Part shown: piece by piece, positions 18,583 to 26,880 of the stretch
How the letters are laid out: each line of letters starts with the position of its first letter
How positions within the stretch are numbered: position 1 is the first letter of the stretch
NCBI RefSeq assembly: GCF_000018105.1
Contig: NC_009927.1
Coordinates: forward strand, 90,001 to 122,000
DNA length: 32,000 nucleotides
Direction of reading: 5' to 3'
Source: Acaryochloris marina MBIC11017
GTDB taxonomy: Bacteria; Cyanobacteriota; Cyanobacteriia; Thermosynechococcales; Thermosynechococcaceae
Notes under the pieces: model-generated
The model's input: only the letters and a program-made list of their open reading frames with translations
What the model was told of the DNA's origin: nothing
Database searches by the model: none
Made by a program: the position numbers and the translations under genes

Positions 18583-19629
18583 TTAAGCAGAAATCGCTTC
18601 AGTAATATGATGGGAGTCCAGTCCTTGGCCGATAAACACTAGTTGAGTCAGACGGGGTTCGCTAGTTTGCCATAGCCGATCATAAAATTGGTCAAAGCGT
18701 TGCCCCACTCCATGGAGCACCAACCGCATAGCTTTATTGGGAACGGCGACGAAGCCCTTGATCCGATAAATTTCTTGCTGCTGTACCAAGACTTGCAACC
18801 GTTCGATCAGTGTGTTCGGGTCAAAGGTCTGCTCCAACTCTACGCAGATGGAGTTGATGTTGTCATCGTGATCATGGTCTTCTTCCTGATCATGATGGCT
18901 GGGGCGGCTATCGAGATTATCTTCTACAGCTGCGTTGAAACCGAGCAGAATATCTGGGCTAATTTGACCGTGATGGCAGGGAACAACTTTGACACCTGAC
19001 GGAGTCTGTTGCTGCAGCCACTGTTGGATGCGGCTACATGTATCCTCCCCCTGTATCACATCGGTTTTGGCCAGTAGTACCATATCCGCACAGGCTAATT
19101 GATCCTCAAACAGTTCCTCTATTGGGGTTTCATGTTCTAAACTGTCATCTGCCTGTCGCTGGGTGTTCAGGGCATCCAGATTGCTGACGATACGCCCCTG
19201 AGCCAGCGCATCTCCGTCCACCACTGTCACCACCCCATCTACCGTAGCTCCCGTGCGGATCTCAGGCCTGCGAAACGCTTGCACCAAAGGCTTGGGCAGG
19301 GCTAACCCCGAGGTTTCAATCACAATGCAGTCAATCTCATCGCGTCGCTTCAATAGTTCCTGCATGGTGGGCAAAAACTCTTCCTGAACTGTGCAGCAGA
19401 GGCAACCATTGGCCAGTTCAACGATATTGGGGCCAGAGCCGTTAGGAGTCTCCTCGTCGTTGCACACCTGGCATGACCTCAGCAGTTCGCCATCAATGCC
19501 CACTTCGCCAAACTCGTTCACTAACACGGCAATGCGACGCCCCTGGTTGTTTTGCAGTAGATGCCGCACCAGAGTGGTTTTGCCTGAACCGAGAAAGCCA
19601 GTGACCACAGTAACGGGAATTTTGTGCAT
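18583..19629 (-). CDS. cobW: COG0523 GTPase, CobW-like, with a His/Asp-rich stretch
   Basis: I place the start at MHKIPVTVVTGFLGSGKTT (complement 19627..19629). GCLCCT motif, ETSGLALP, AKTD and SHHDQEEDHDHDD are present. It lies immediately downstream of a DUF1636-like gene, the usual CobW context. Confidence 0.8.
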   Translation of the reverse strand: MHKIPVTVVTGFLGSGKTTLVRHLLQNNQGRRIAVLVNEFGEVGIDGELLRSCQVCNDEETPNGSGPNIVELANGCLCCTVQEEFLPTMQELLKRRDEIDCIVIETSGLALPKPLVQAFRRPEIRTGATVDGVVTVVDGDALAQGRIVSNLDALNTQRQADDSLEHETPIEELFEDQLACADMVLLAKTDVIQGEDTCSRIQQWLQQQTPSGVKVVPCHHGQISPDILLGFNAAVEDNLDSRPSHHDQEEDHDHDDNINSICVELEQTFDPNTLIERLQVLVQQQEIYRIKGFVAVPNKAMRLVLHGVGQRFDQFYDRLWQTSEPRLTQLVFIGQGLDSHHITEAISA

Positions 19630-19687
19630 GGATGAGAATCCTTTGATGAAAAGACAAACTTTATTTAATTCGATAGAAGCTGAATCA

Positions 19688-20095
19688 TCAGCGGGTGGGG
19701 GCATCAGTAGGGAGCGGCGGCAGGATAAACGCAGTGGCCTCTCGAACCAAGTTCGGACGTTCCGAGTAGGGGACTTTACCATCGGGAGAAGTGGCGTATT
19801 GCTGGCAAAATACTGCAACCGCCTTAGCTCCCTCTGTCGGTGATATCTGACTGAGGATAAAGGTCAATTTACCGGGAGCGGCAAGGCTAACGTTGCAAGG
19901 GTGGCTGCACCCCGCCATACAGCGCAATGGTTCTAACCGAACCGTATCTTGTAGATTGCAGGCTTCGAGTGCCTGGTGGAGTTGGTTAATCAGGTATTGG
20001 CCTCCCGAAATACCGTCCCGACAGGCTTCATCCTTAGAGAATCGACATAGTGAGCAGACAAATAATGTGGTTTGGGTCATGGGCTGAGATTGCAT
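19688..20095 (-). CDS. DUF1636-like predicted metal-binding protein
   Basis: 135 aa. LFVCSLCRFS...RCMAGCSHPCNVSL is the Cys pattern I associate with DUF1636 proteins found next to cobW. Confidence 0.65.
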   Translation of the reverse strand: MQSQPMTQTTLFVCSLCRFSKDEACRDGISGGQYLINQLHQALEACNLQDTVRLEPLRCMAGCSHPCNVSLAAPGKLTFILSQISPTEGAKAVAVFCQQYATSPDGKVPYSERPNLVREATAFILPPLPTDAPTR

Positions 20096-20268
20096 GAGGG
20101 ATTCAGGTCAATGAAAAATAGTTGTAGTTTGGAAAATCGGGTGCCAAGGGTTTAAACGCATCCCACCCGTTACAGACCACTTCGTACGCCAGAAAACCAC
20201 ACCAAGTGTTATGTCCTAGCGTTAGTGTGTTGGTAGCGACAAAGGCTTGTTGCCAGGTGGCTCTGGCT

Positions 20269-20733
20269 TCAACAGCCATCTTTGCACCTCCCGCCAGAGC
20301 TGGGTGCTAGAGCGAATTCTGAGTGGCGGCTACGCATTTCGTGATAGCAATCGGGTGGGGAAATCGCTAAGTTCTGCAACCAATTGATATCGACCTGCCC
20401 ATTACCAAGGATGGCAACAAGAATATCTTGACCCGGTTGATAGGTCATAGCCGCCTCCATCAAACGATGGACAAAATCCATGTCCAGGTTATGGACCTCC
20501 AGATAGTCTTGGATCTCAGCCTTAGGAATGTATTGGATGCCGTATTCCACCAGATCGATATGCCAGTCCAGAGTAGAGACATCAACAACGTCCACATCAC
20601 AAGACACTAGTCCCCGCCACTGGGTCAGGTAGCCTTGCCAGGCAGCATGACCGATGGGGAGTAAATATTCTCGAATAAAGGCTGACTGCCAGTAGCCTGA
20701 ATAGCCCTGCCAGACGCTAGTGGGGGGTCGCAT
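20269..20733 (-). CDS. Hypothetical protein
   Basis: 154-aa ORF that overlaps the end of the metE relic by 17 nt. No recognised motif. Confidence 0.45.
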   Translation of the reverse strand: MRPPTSVWQGYSGYWQSAFIREYLLPIGHAAWQGYLTQWRGLVSCDVDVVDVSTLDWHIDLVEYGIQYIPKAEIQDYLEVHNLDMDFVHRLMEAAMTYQPGQDILVAILGNGQVDINWLQNLAISPPDCYHEMRSRHSEFALAPSSGGRCKDGC

Positions 20734-21001
20734 CGATCTCCTCCCGTAACTGTTGGGCCGCTGCTACCCTGTTTTTGGGTGACGGCATGACTTCTTTACA
20801 GCGGCGTGTTTTCAAACCACAGTCAGGATTCACCCAGATTTGCTGCATGGGCAGATTGGCAATTCCTGCCTCAATGTCGCGTTCGGTAGTGTGTAAGCTG
20901 TTGGTATCTACATCACCGCGCCAATAAGCTTCCAGAGCTTTCTTCACTTCCCGATGCATACCCATGCGGGTATAGGCCAGGGTCATGGTCTTTATGGTCA
21001 T
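20717..21001 (-). pseudogene. metE: Relic of cobalamin-independent methionine synthase MetE (N-terminal ~45 aa fused in frame to C-terminal ~45 aa)
   Basis: [32 protein letters not shown] resembles the MetE N-terminus (LG.PR.G..RELKKA.E.YW.G). [18 protein letters not shown]...AAAQQLREE resembles the MetE C-terminus ([14 protein letters not shown]....AA..LR). About 650 aa in between are missing. Confidence 0.65.
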
Positions 21002-21211
21002 GCTTGTGTTGTCCTAAGAATTCATTTATTTATGAAGCGAAGGGTTTTAGTAACTTTGGGACCTATAACCCTATGGAGTTGCTTATAAAACTCAATCGAC
21101 AAGGCTTCTAAGAAATCCAACGATCCAGAGTTTACGCATGAGCGGATTTGGGGAATGTCAAGTGAGGAGCACGCTCTGCTGACGTGCATTTACCTCTACC
21201 GAATCCACCCA

Positions 21212-21249
21212 GGCTTTCTACCAAGAATGGTCGTTCTTGGTAGAAAGCC
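21212..21249. other. Perfect 16-bp stem / 6-nt loop hairpin
   Basis: GGCTTTCTACCAAGAA-tggtcg-TTCTTGGTAGAAAGCC, with every pair checked by hand. It lies in the leader between the riboswitch core and the metE relic. No U-tract follows on either strand. Confidence 0.6.
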
Positions 21250-21374
21250 ACTTAATTTCTGGTCCCTTATCATCACCAAAGCTATGTAGTGATGCTCCAA
21301 TGACAATGCAACCGTGACTTAATTAAAGCTAAATCATTCATCATCTATACCTCGCAGATGTTGTGAAAGTGAGT

Positions 21375-21492
21375 AATCACTCGGCGGGCGTTCTGACTCT
21401 GAGGACAAAGCCTCATCACAGCTGCGGGACAGCGCCGGATTTACACCGGACTTTCCCCGTTTCCTCTAACGACTGTTCCCCGTTAGAACCGA
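21375..21492 (-). promoter_or_regulatory. Cobalamin (B12) riboswitch aptamer
   Basis: The reverse strand reads GGUUCUAACGGGGAACAGUCGUUAGAGGAAACGGGGAAAGUCCGGUGUAAAUCCGGCGCUGUCCCGCAGCUGUGAUGAGG...CCUCAGAGUCAGAACGCCCGCCGAG. The GGUG.AAAUCC...GCUGUCCCGCA.CUGU core and the B12-box-like AGUCAGAA.GCCCGCC are recognisable. Confidence 0.8.
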
Positions 21493-21895
21493 ATTTATAA
21501 AATTGTTTCTGAATCCTACCACAAGAATCAAGTTCTAAGGTTGGATAATTATTGAGTCAAAAATACCATTTCTAAGTCTGCTTTAAAGGGTAGGTCATCC
21601 TCAAGATTTAGCCCTGTCAAAGTCTTTCAAGTTTGACAAACTGTCTTTTGACGCCCTTTCAAGATTTCATCAGAATGATCGCTTAAGCCTCTAGTAAAGA
21701 ATAAAAATCTGCTTTGAAAGTCCATCAATGCTCTTTTACCTTTCAAACATCTCTTTGTTGGATCAGCATGGGTCTGACTATGTTGATAGGGACTAATCCT
21801 TACCACGCTGAGAGTGGCAATACTCGCAACACATACTTAGGTAAGCCAGAAGTTACTCACATGCCTGCACCCTTACCCACTGCCTTTGTATAGCT

Positions 21896-22654
21896 TCATA
21901 ATGAAACAGATTGACCTGAAACAGTTATAACCAAATCCAAGTACAGTTCTTGATCGGTCTGTCGCAGCCATTTAATTGATTTGATTTGGCCATTGTAAGG
22001 GGACCGCACAATCCCCTTTGTATTCAGTTTGTTTTCTATTGTGTGGATCTCGGCTATCAACTTAGCTTTCTGCGTTGATTGATTGTGCCGAACTCTATTT
22101 TGTTGCTTAGCTTTTGTGAGCTTAGCAATCGCAAGGGTCAGCTTTCCTTTTGCTTCTTGATACTTCCCTTCCAATTTCCCAAGCTCAGTCTTCTCTGATA
22201 GCGGCAACACCCGGCGGGCGTAGTCAGTCCAGGGAGAGTCTGCATAGAAATTTGAGATCGCATCTCTTGCCTGCTCCACTCTTAATCGAGCTAGTTTCAC
22301 TTCGACCTGCTCTACTGCAAAATCGGGGACAACTGTGAAAGTTTGGGTTTGCAAGTGCTGCAGCTGCTGCCGCAGACTCTCACGTTCTTGCACAAGACTG
22401 GTCCTGATTAGGGAACGCTCACTCACTATCTGCCCCTTTGTCACTACCTCATTCACCTTCACCTTAAGGTCATTTGGATGATCTAAGGTTAGCTGTAGTT
22501 TCAATCGCCAAGGCATCTGTCGTTGTTGAGGCGAGGGGCGGGGCGTAGTCGTCTTTGCCACCTCCGTTCTAGGCTCGATGTTCTCAACCTTGACCGGAGT
22601 CTGAGCACACCCGACCAGCAGCAACGCTATCGTAACCCCCGCTCTCGCTTCCAT
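21896..22654 (-). CDS. Coiled-coil lipoprotein with membrane-fusion (HlyD-like) lipoyl-type segments
   Basis: I place the start at MEARAGVTIALLLVGCAQ, which carries an LVGC lipobox. It continues with KVKVNEVVTKGQIV, a long coiled coil and IVRSPYNGQIKSI. The longer ORF-track start (22723) overlaps the neighbouring gene. Confidence 0.6.
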   Translation of the reverse strand: MEARAGVTIALLLVGCAQTPVKVENIEPRTEVAKTTTPRPSPQQRQMPWRLKLQLTLDHPNDLKVKVNEVVTKGQIVSERSLIRTSLVQERESLRQQLQHLQTQTFTVVPDFAVEQVEVKLARLRVEQARDAISNFYADSPWTDYARRVLPLSEKTELGKLEGKYQEAKGKLTLAIAKLTKAKQQNRVRHNQSTQKAKLIAEIHTIENKLNTKGIVRSPYNGQIKSIKWLRQTDQELYLDLVITVSGQSVSL

Positions 22655-22708
22655 TTGGCAATCAACTTTCTGACCTTTACTAAAAATACAATTGCGGTGA
22701 GATAAAGA

Positions 22709-23166
22709 ATGGATGCTATTCAACGGGTTATTGATCGCGCAGAGCGGCGCTGTAAAGAAAATAGCTCGCGTTTAACTAAAAAAAGAAAACTAGCGCTATC
22801 ACTGTTACTTAAATCGGGCAAAGCACTCTCTGCTTATGAATTAGTGGAGACTTATAAAACTGCATTGGGTGACACCATGCCTGCCATGTCTATGTATCGA
22901 ATTTTAGAGTTTTTAATGGCAGAGAACTTAGTGCATCGCCTTGATCTGATCAATAAGTATGTTGCTTGCGAACATATTAAGTGCGAGCACGCGCATGCTC
23001 AGACGCAATTTTTAATCTGCGGTCAGTGCCAAAAAGTTAAGGAAGTCACGATAAGCGCATCAATTATGGATGTGCTAAAGAAAAACACTAGCGATGCAGG
23101 CTTCCCCTTGCGAGCCCACAATTAGAAATGAACTGTATATGCGAGGATTGTATGTCAACAGGATAG
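22709..23166 (+). pseudogene. Second copy of the E. coli-type Zur-like gene, frameshifted before the C-terminal CxxC
   Basis: It shows 9 aa substitutions over the first ~131 aa relative to 8087..8572. Where copy 1 has TTTCATCTT this copy has TTCCCCTT, one base fewer, which gives GFPLRAHN*. The shifted frame still reads ASPQLEMNCICEDCMSTG*. Confidence 0.7.
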
Positions 23167-23229
23167 AAAGCTTACAGTGTGTTGTCAGTGTCCCAGTTTG
23201 TCGTTGTGCATGTCGAGTTTGTTGCTGAT

Positions 23230-24720
23230 TTAGTGCCGATGCCAACGGGTAGCTCCATCTGGTTGATCAACCACTGTAATCCCCGCTGCCGATAGTTGAG
23301 CGCGAATATCATCTGCAGTTATAAAGTCTCGCTGTTTTCGGGCTGTTTGTCGCTGCTGAATTAGATCAGTTATTACAGCCTCATCTAATTTGCCAGTTGC
23401 TTCATCCGTATCACTGTTGACTTTAGCTTCTAAACCCAATACCTGGGCCAGATACAATAATGTTTGCCACTGCTGCCAGAGCAGCTCCGGACTGGACTGG
23501 GACTTGCCTTCATGTACCAGACGGTTCCCCTCTCTCTGCAGCGCTTTGGCAAGTTCAAACAGCACTGCCAGAGCCCCCGATGTGTTCAGATCATCATCCA
23601 TTGCGGATTGAAACCGTTTGGTCCATGGGTCTTCTGAACTGGGTTCCTGAGGTGAAGACTGGATGCTAGCAAATGGCGACGACAATGCTACTCGGTGACG
23701 GTTGCCAAAGAGAATTCCGGCTTTTAACGTCTGCCAACTATTGATCGAAGCCACGATCGCATCTTTTGTAAAATCAAGCGGTTTCCTATAGTGCCCCTGC
23801 AACACAAACAGTCGCACCGCCATTGGATCTACCGGCTCCGGATAGTCTGCCCAACCTCCATCTAGCAGGTCACGAATCGTGGTGAAATTGCCTAGGGATT
23901 TCGACATTTTTTCCCCATTCACCGTTACCATCCCATTGTGCAGCCAGTAGCGAGCGAGCGGCTGTCCGGTCAGCACTTCTGATTGAGCAATCTCGTTTTC
24001 ATGGTGAGGAAACACTAGATCACCACCACCTCCATGAATGTCAATGGTTTCGCCCAATCGCGCCCGGATCATGGCCGAGCATTCGATGTGCCAACCGGGT
24101 CTTCCTAGTCCCCAGGGCGATTCCCAGGCAGGTTCACCAGGTTTTGCAGATTTCCACAAGGCAAAATCAAACGGATCGCGCTTCTTCTGGTCTTGAGTAT
24201 CATCGGCAACTCGTCCTCCTGCACCTACCTTCAGTTGCTCAAGCTTACGACCAGAGAGCTTTCCATACTCCGAAAATTGCCGCACGCTATAGTAAACATC
24301 GCCATCGATCGCATAAGCGTAGCCTTGCTGTTCTAGTGCCTGGATCAATTGATGAATTGCAGGAATGTGCTCTGTCACACGGGGATAGTCATCAGCATCT
24401 AGAATATTGAGTCGGCGAATATCACGAAAATAGGCATTAATATAGCGATCGCTCACCTCCTGCATCGTTATGCCCTCTACTATGGCGCGATGGAGAATCT
24501 TGTCGTCAATATCTGTAAAATTCTGCACATAGCGCACTGTGTATCCACACCACTTTAAATAGCGCCGCAGCACATCCCAAGCCATGTACGAACGAGCATG
24601 CCCTAAATGACAATTGTCATATACCGTCACGCCACAGCAATACATCACCACTCGTTCTGGGTGAACGGAGATAAATGGCTCTTTTTGATTGGTGAGAGTG
24701 TTGTGAAGAGTAAGGTTCAT
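23230..24720 (-). CDS. cysS: Cysteine--tRNA ligase
   Basis: 496 aa. [20 protein letters not shown] (HIGH), KMSKSLGN (KMSKS), HIECSAM and FPHHENE, which correspond to the positions of the E. coli Zn ligands C28/C209/H234/E238. Confidence 0.92.
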   Translation of the reverse strand: MNLTLHNTLTNQKEPFISVHPERVVMYCCGVTVYDNCHLGHARSYMAWDVLRRYLKWCGYTVRYVQNFTDIDDKILHRAIVEGITMQEVSDRYINAYFRDIRRLNILDADDYPRVTEHIPAIHQLIQALEQQGYAYAIDGDVYYSVRQFSEYGKLSGRKLEQLKVGAGGRVADDTQDQKKRDPFDFALWKSAKPGEPAWESPWGLGRPGWHIECSAMIRARLGETIDIHGGGGDLVFPHHENEIAQSEVLTGQPLARYWLHNGMVTVNGEKMSKSLGNFTTIRDLLDGGWADYPEPVDPMAVRLFVLQGHYRKPLDFTKDAIVASINSWQTLKAGILFGNRHRVALSSPFASIQSSPQEPSSEDPWTKRFQSAMDDDLNTSGALAVLFELAKALQREGNRLVHEGKSQSSPELLWQQWQTLLYLAQVLGLEAKVNSDTDEATGKLDEAVITDLIQQRQTARKQRDFITADDIRAQLSAAGITVVDQPDGATRWHRH

Positions 24721-24790
24721 GCAAAATACTTTTAACTAAAAACACTGATAGGGGCGCAATAGGGAATCTGGTCAGACCCAGTGCTATGAG

Positions 24791-24802
24791 AATGATTATC
24801 AT
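24791..24802. promoter_or_regulatory. Zur-box core AATGATTATCAT in the cysS promoter region
   Basis: The first 12 nt of the shared 18-mer. It lies 71-82 nt upstream of the cysS ATG, just downstream of a TAGTAT -10-like hexamer on the cysS strand (complement 24805..24810). Confidence 0.5.
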
Positions 24803-25124
24803 CCATACTAACGGACCTATCTTCATTTCTTTAGTCATCACAACTGTATAGAACCTATTTGAAATCTTTTATGAAGTAACCAACTCTCTGAAGCCTTGCT
24901 GGGAAGGTGCGGAAAAATTTGGCTATGGCCTAAATTTAAGGCTCGTTGAAATTCTCGTTAAAGTGGCTGCAATCGCAGAAATCGAAATCATACAGGAGGA
25001 ACATTTCAGGGGAGTGACATTAAGCCCTTAGATTACCTTGATCGCTCCTGACACTGATATCTGGTTTTGATCCAAGCCAAGAATTGCTATATTGAGAACA
25101 TATTGGAACAAAGCTTTTCTCATA

Positions 25125-25187
25125 GTGAAAACAGCACTCGTCCTTACTAGCACTACCACAACAACTACCCACATAGGAGGGTTGTAA
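25125..25187 (+). CDS. Putative Thr-rich leader peptide 1 (GTG start; MKTALVLTSTTTTTTHIGGL)
   Basis: Hand-checked codons are ACT AGC ACT ACC ACA ACA ACT ACC CAC ATA GGA GGG TTG TAA. Thr makes up 8 of 20 residues, six of them consecutive. The start codon is uncertain; an in-frame TTG lies at 25092. Confidence 0.55.
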   Translation: MKTALVLTSTTTTTTHIGGL

Positions 25188-25220
25188 GGCGCTGCGCTGA
25201 AATTGGTCTTACTACTTTAG

Positions 25221-25257
25221 TTGCCCTCCAGACGAACTCTGGGGGGCAATGTTTTTT
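25221..25257 (+). terminator. Intrinsic terminator 1
   Basis: TTGCCCTCCAG-acgaact-CTGGGGGGCAA forms an 11-bp stem with one G-U pair, followed by TGTTTTTT. Confidence 0.75.
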
Positions 25258-25286
25258 CACCACCTGTATTCAGAAGGTCAAAAGGA

Positions 25287-25364
25287 ATGCCCATTTTGCT
25301 GACAATGTCTCTTGCAATGAACACTGCTACCGCCACCACTACTATCACGCCTGGAGGGACGTGA
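25287..25364 (+). CDS. Putative Thr-rich leader peptide 2 (MPILLTMSLAMNTATATTTITPGGT)
   Basis: AAGGAA lies just before the ATG at 25287, and in-frame alternative ATGs are at 25305 and 25317. Codons are ...ACT GCT ACC GCC ACC ACT ACT ATC ACG CCT GGA GGG ACG TGA. Thr makes up 7 of the last 13 residues. Confidence 0.55.
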   Translation: MPILLTMSLAMNTATATTTITPGGT

Positions 25365-25392
25365 CGATTGATTGCACATGCAACTCATCTGT

Positions 25393-25421
25393 CCCTCCAA
25401 GCATAGTTTGGAGGGTTTTTT
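25393..25421 (+). terminator. Intrinsic terminator 2
   Basis: CCCTCCAA-gcatagt-TTGGAGGG forms an 8-bp stem followed by TTTTTT. It ends 36 nt before the thrS ATG. Confidence 0.7.
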
Positions 25422-25456
25422 ATTACCTCATTACTCAGACAACAGGAGAGACTAAA

Positions 25457-26680
25457 ATGGCGGACCACCGTGAACTTGCAAGGGATATGGACTTGTTTCA
25501 CTTTGAAGAGCATAGTCCAGGAATGGTGTTTTGGCACCCACAGGGACTGCGGCTTTTTCGCAGCATTGAAGACTTCATGCGGCAAGTTTATCAAGGGCAT
25601 GGATTTGAAGAAGTGCGATCGCCCATAGCACTTAATAGATCGCTATGGGAGCGCTCAAGGCATTGGGAAAAATTTCGTCAGGGAATGTTTGTTGTTGGCA
25701 GCGTAGAGGCAGATATAGACGATGAATCAGCCCTATCCGTCATCAGCCCTGACTATGCGTTGAAGCCCATGTCATGCCCTGCCCATATTGCTATTTATCA
25801 GTCCCGCAAGCGCAGCTATCGGGAAAATCCCATGCGATTGATGGAGTTTGGCATCTGTCATCGCAACGAACTGTCTGGCACATTATCGGGGTGTATGCGG
25901 CTGCGGCAATTTGTCCAGGATGATGCTCATATCTTCTGCCGAGCATCTGATGTGCAGCGTGAAATTAGCAATTTCCTCAATATGGTGCAGCAGGTTTATG
26001 TTGCTTTTGGCTATGACCAATTTTCCCTACAAATATCACTTAGACCAGAGCAACGGCTTGGCTCAGATCATCTCTGGGATCAGGCTGAGTCTGTGTTAGT
26101 TAAAGCGGTTCAATCTTTGGGGCATAGTTATAAATTAGCTCCAAATGAAGGGGCATTCTATGGCCCCAAGCTCGAAATTAGTTTGCAAGATCAGTTGGGG
26201 AGATCGTGGCAGTGTGGCACAATTCAAGTCGATTTCAATCTGCCTCAAGTGTTTGAGCTAGCTTTTGTAAATGAATTGGGAGAATTGGAGCGTCCCGTCA
26301 TGCTGCACCAGGCGATTTTGGGGTCGCTAGAGCGCTGGATTGGCATTTTGTTAGAGCATCACAGCGGTGCCCTCCCCATTTGGGCTGCTCCTACACAAGT
26401 CGCAGTCGCCTCTATTTCTAATAAAGCATCTGCCTGGGCAGAAACAATTTTCTTTCGACTCAGGCAACTGGGGGCTAGGGTAGAACTTCACAACCAAAAC
26501 CGCACAATCAGCAAGAAAATTCGTGGACTCTCTAAACGCAAAATTCCATTGATTGCCATTGTGGGTGAGCAGGAAGCCATGAGTCAAAGGTTAAATCTTC
26601 GGTGTTTAGGGGCTCTAAAACAACAAGAAATGAGCCTAGCTGAACTTGAGCAAAAGTTAGCTGATCTTTCTATGCCGTAG
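25457..26680 (+). CDS. thrS: Threonine--tRNA ligase paralogue lacking the N-terminal TGS/editing domains (T2-like)
   Basis: 407 aa starting MADHRELARDMDLFHFEEHSPGMVFWHPQG, which aligns with the start of the E. coli ThrRS catalytic core ([26 protein letters not shown]). AGGAG lies 7 nt upstream. Zn-ligand contexts MSCPAH, QDDAHIFC and HQAILGS are retained, and the anticodon-binding domain is present. Confidence 0.9.
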   Translation: MADHRELARDMDLFHFEEHSPGMVFWHPQGLRLFRSIEDFMRQVYQGHGFEEVRSPIALNRSLWERSRHWEKFRQGMFVVGSVEADIDDESALSVISPDYALKPMSCPAHIAIYQSRKRSYRENPMRLMEFGICHRNELSGTLSGCMRLRQFVQDDAHIFCRASDVQREISNFLNMVQQVYVAFGYDQFSLQISLRPEQRLGSDHLWDQAESVLVKAVQSLGHSYKLAPNEGAFYGPKLEISLQDQLGRSWQCGTIQVDFNLPQVFELAFVNELGELERPVMLHQAILGSLERWIGILLEHHSGALPIWAAPTQVAVASISNKASAWAETIFFRLRQLGARVELHNQNRTISKKIRGLSKRKIPLIAIVGEQEAMSQRLNLRCLGALKQQEMSLAELEQKLADLSMP

Positions 26681-26880
26681 CGAGTTTTTTCCCAGAAGTT
26701 GAAGATGTACGCTCGCAGGCTAAATCTACGGCGGAGCAGACGGATGGGAGAACTTGGTGGGGGGCCAAGATGATCTGCTGCTGCTTACCTTCACCATTAT
26801 CGGTGTTTTCATCACGTCGTTCAACACCTTCAAATAAGAAGCAATGAGTTGATGCCGCATCGACACCAAGCCAAGAATTG

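Noticed and set aside
20096-20268. Second cobalamin riboswitch directly upstream of the DUF1636/cobW pair
   Set aside because: I read the reverse strand looking for the GGUG..AAUCC...CCCGC..CUGU core and the B12 box. Neither is present.
24936-25004. Possible Cys-rich leader peptide for cysS (minus-strand ORF MFLLYDFDFCDCSHFNENFNEP)
   Set aside because: It has only two Cys codons and no terminator hairpin between it and cysS. It also lies upstream of the putative Zur box and -10 hexamer, so it is probably outside the cysS transcript.
25361-25456. ORF-track N-terminal extension of thrS (MTIDCTCNSSVPPSIVWRVFYYLITQTTGETK)
   Set aside because: It would be translated straight through terminator 2 and its U-tract. 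ThrRS core homology begins exactly at MADHRELARD (25457), which has an AGGAG Shine-Dalgarno sequence 7 nt upstream.
25100-25456. T-box riboswitch as the explanation for the structured thrS leader
   Set aside because: I found no T-box consensus (AGGGUGGNACCGCG-like), no specifier-loop architecture, and the region is far shorter per unit than a T-box. The Thr codons lie in translatable ORFs with stop codons adjacent to the anti-terminator strand, which fits peptide-mediated attenuation better.
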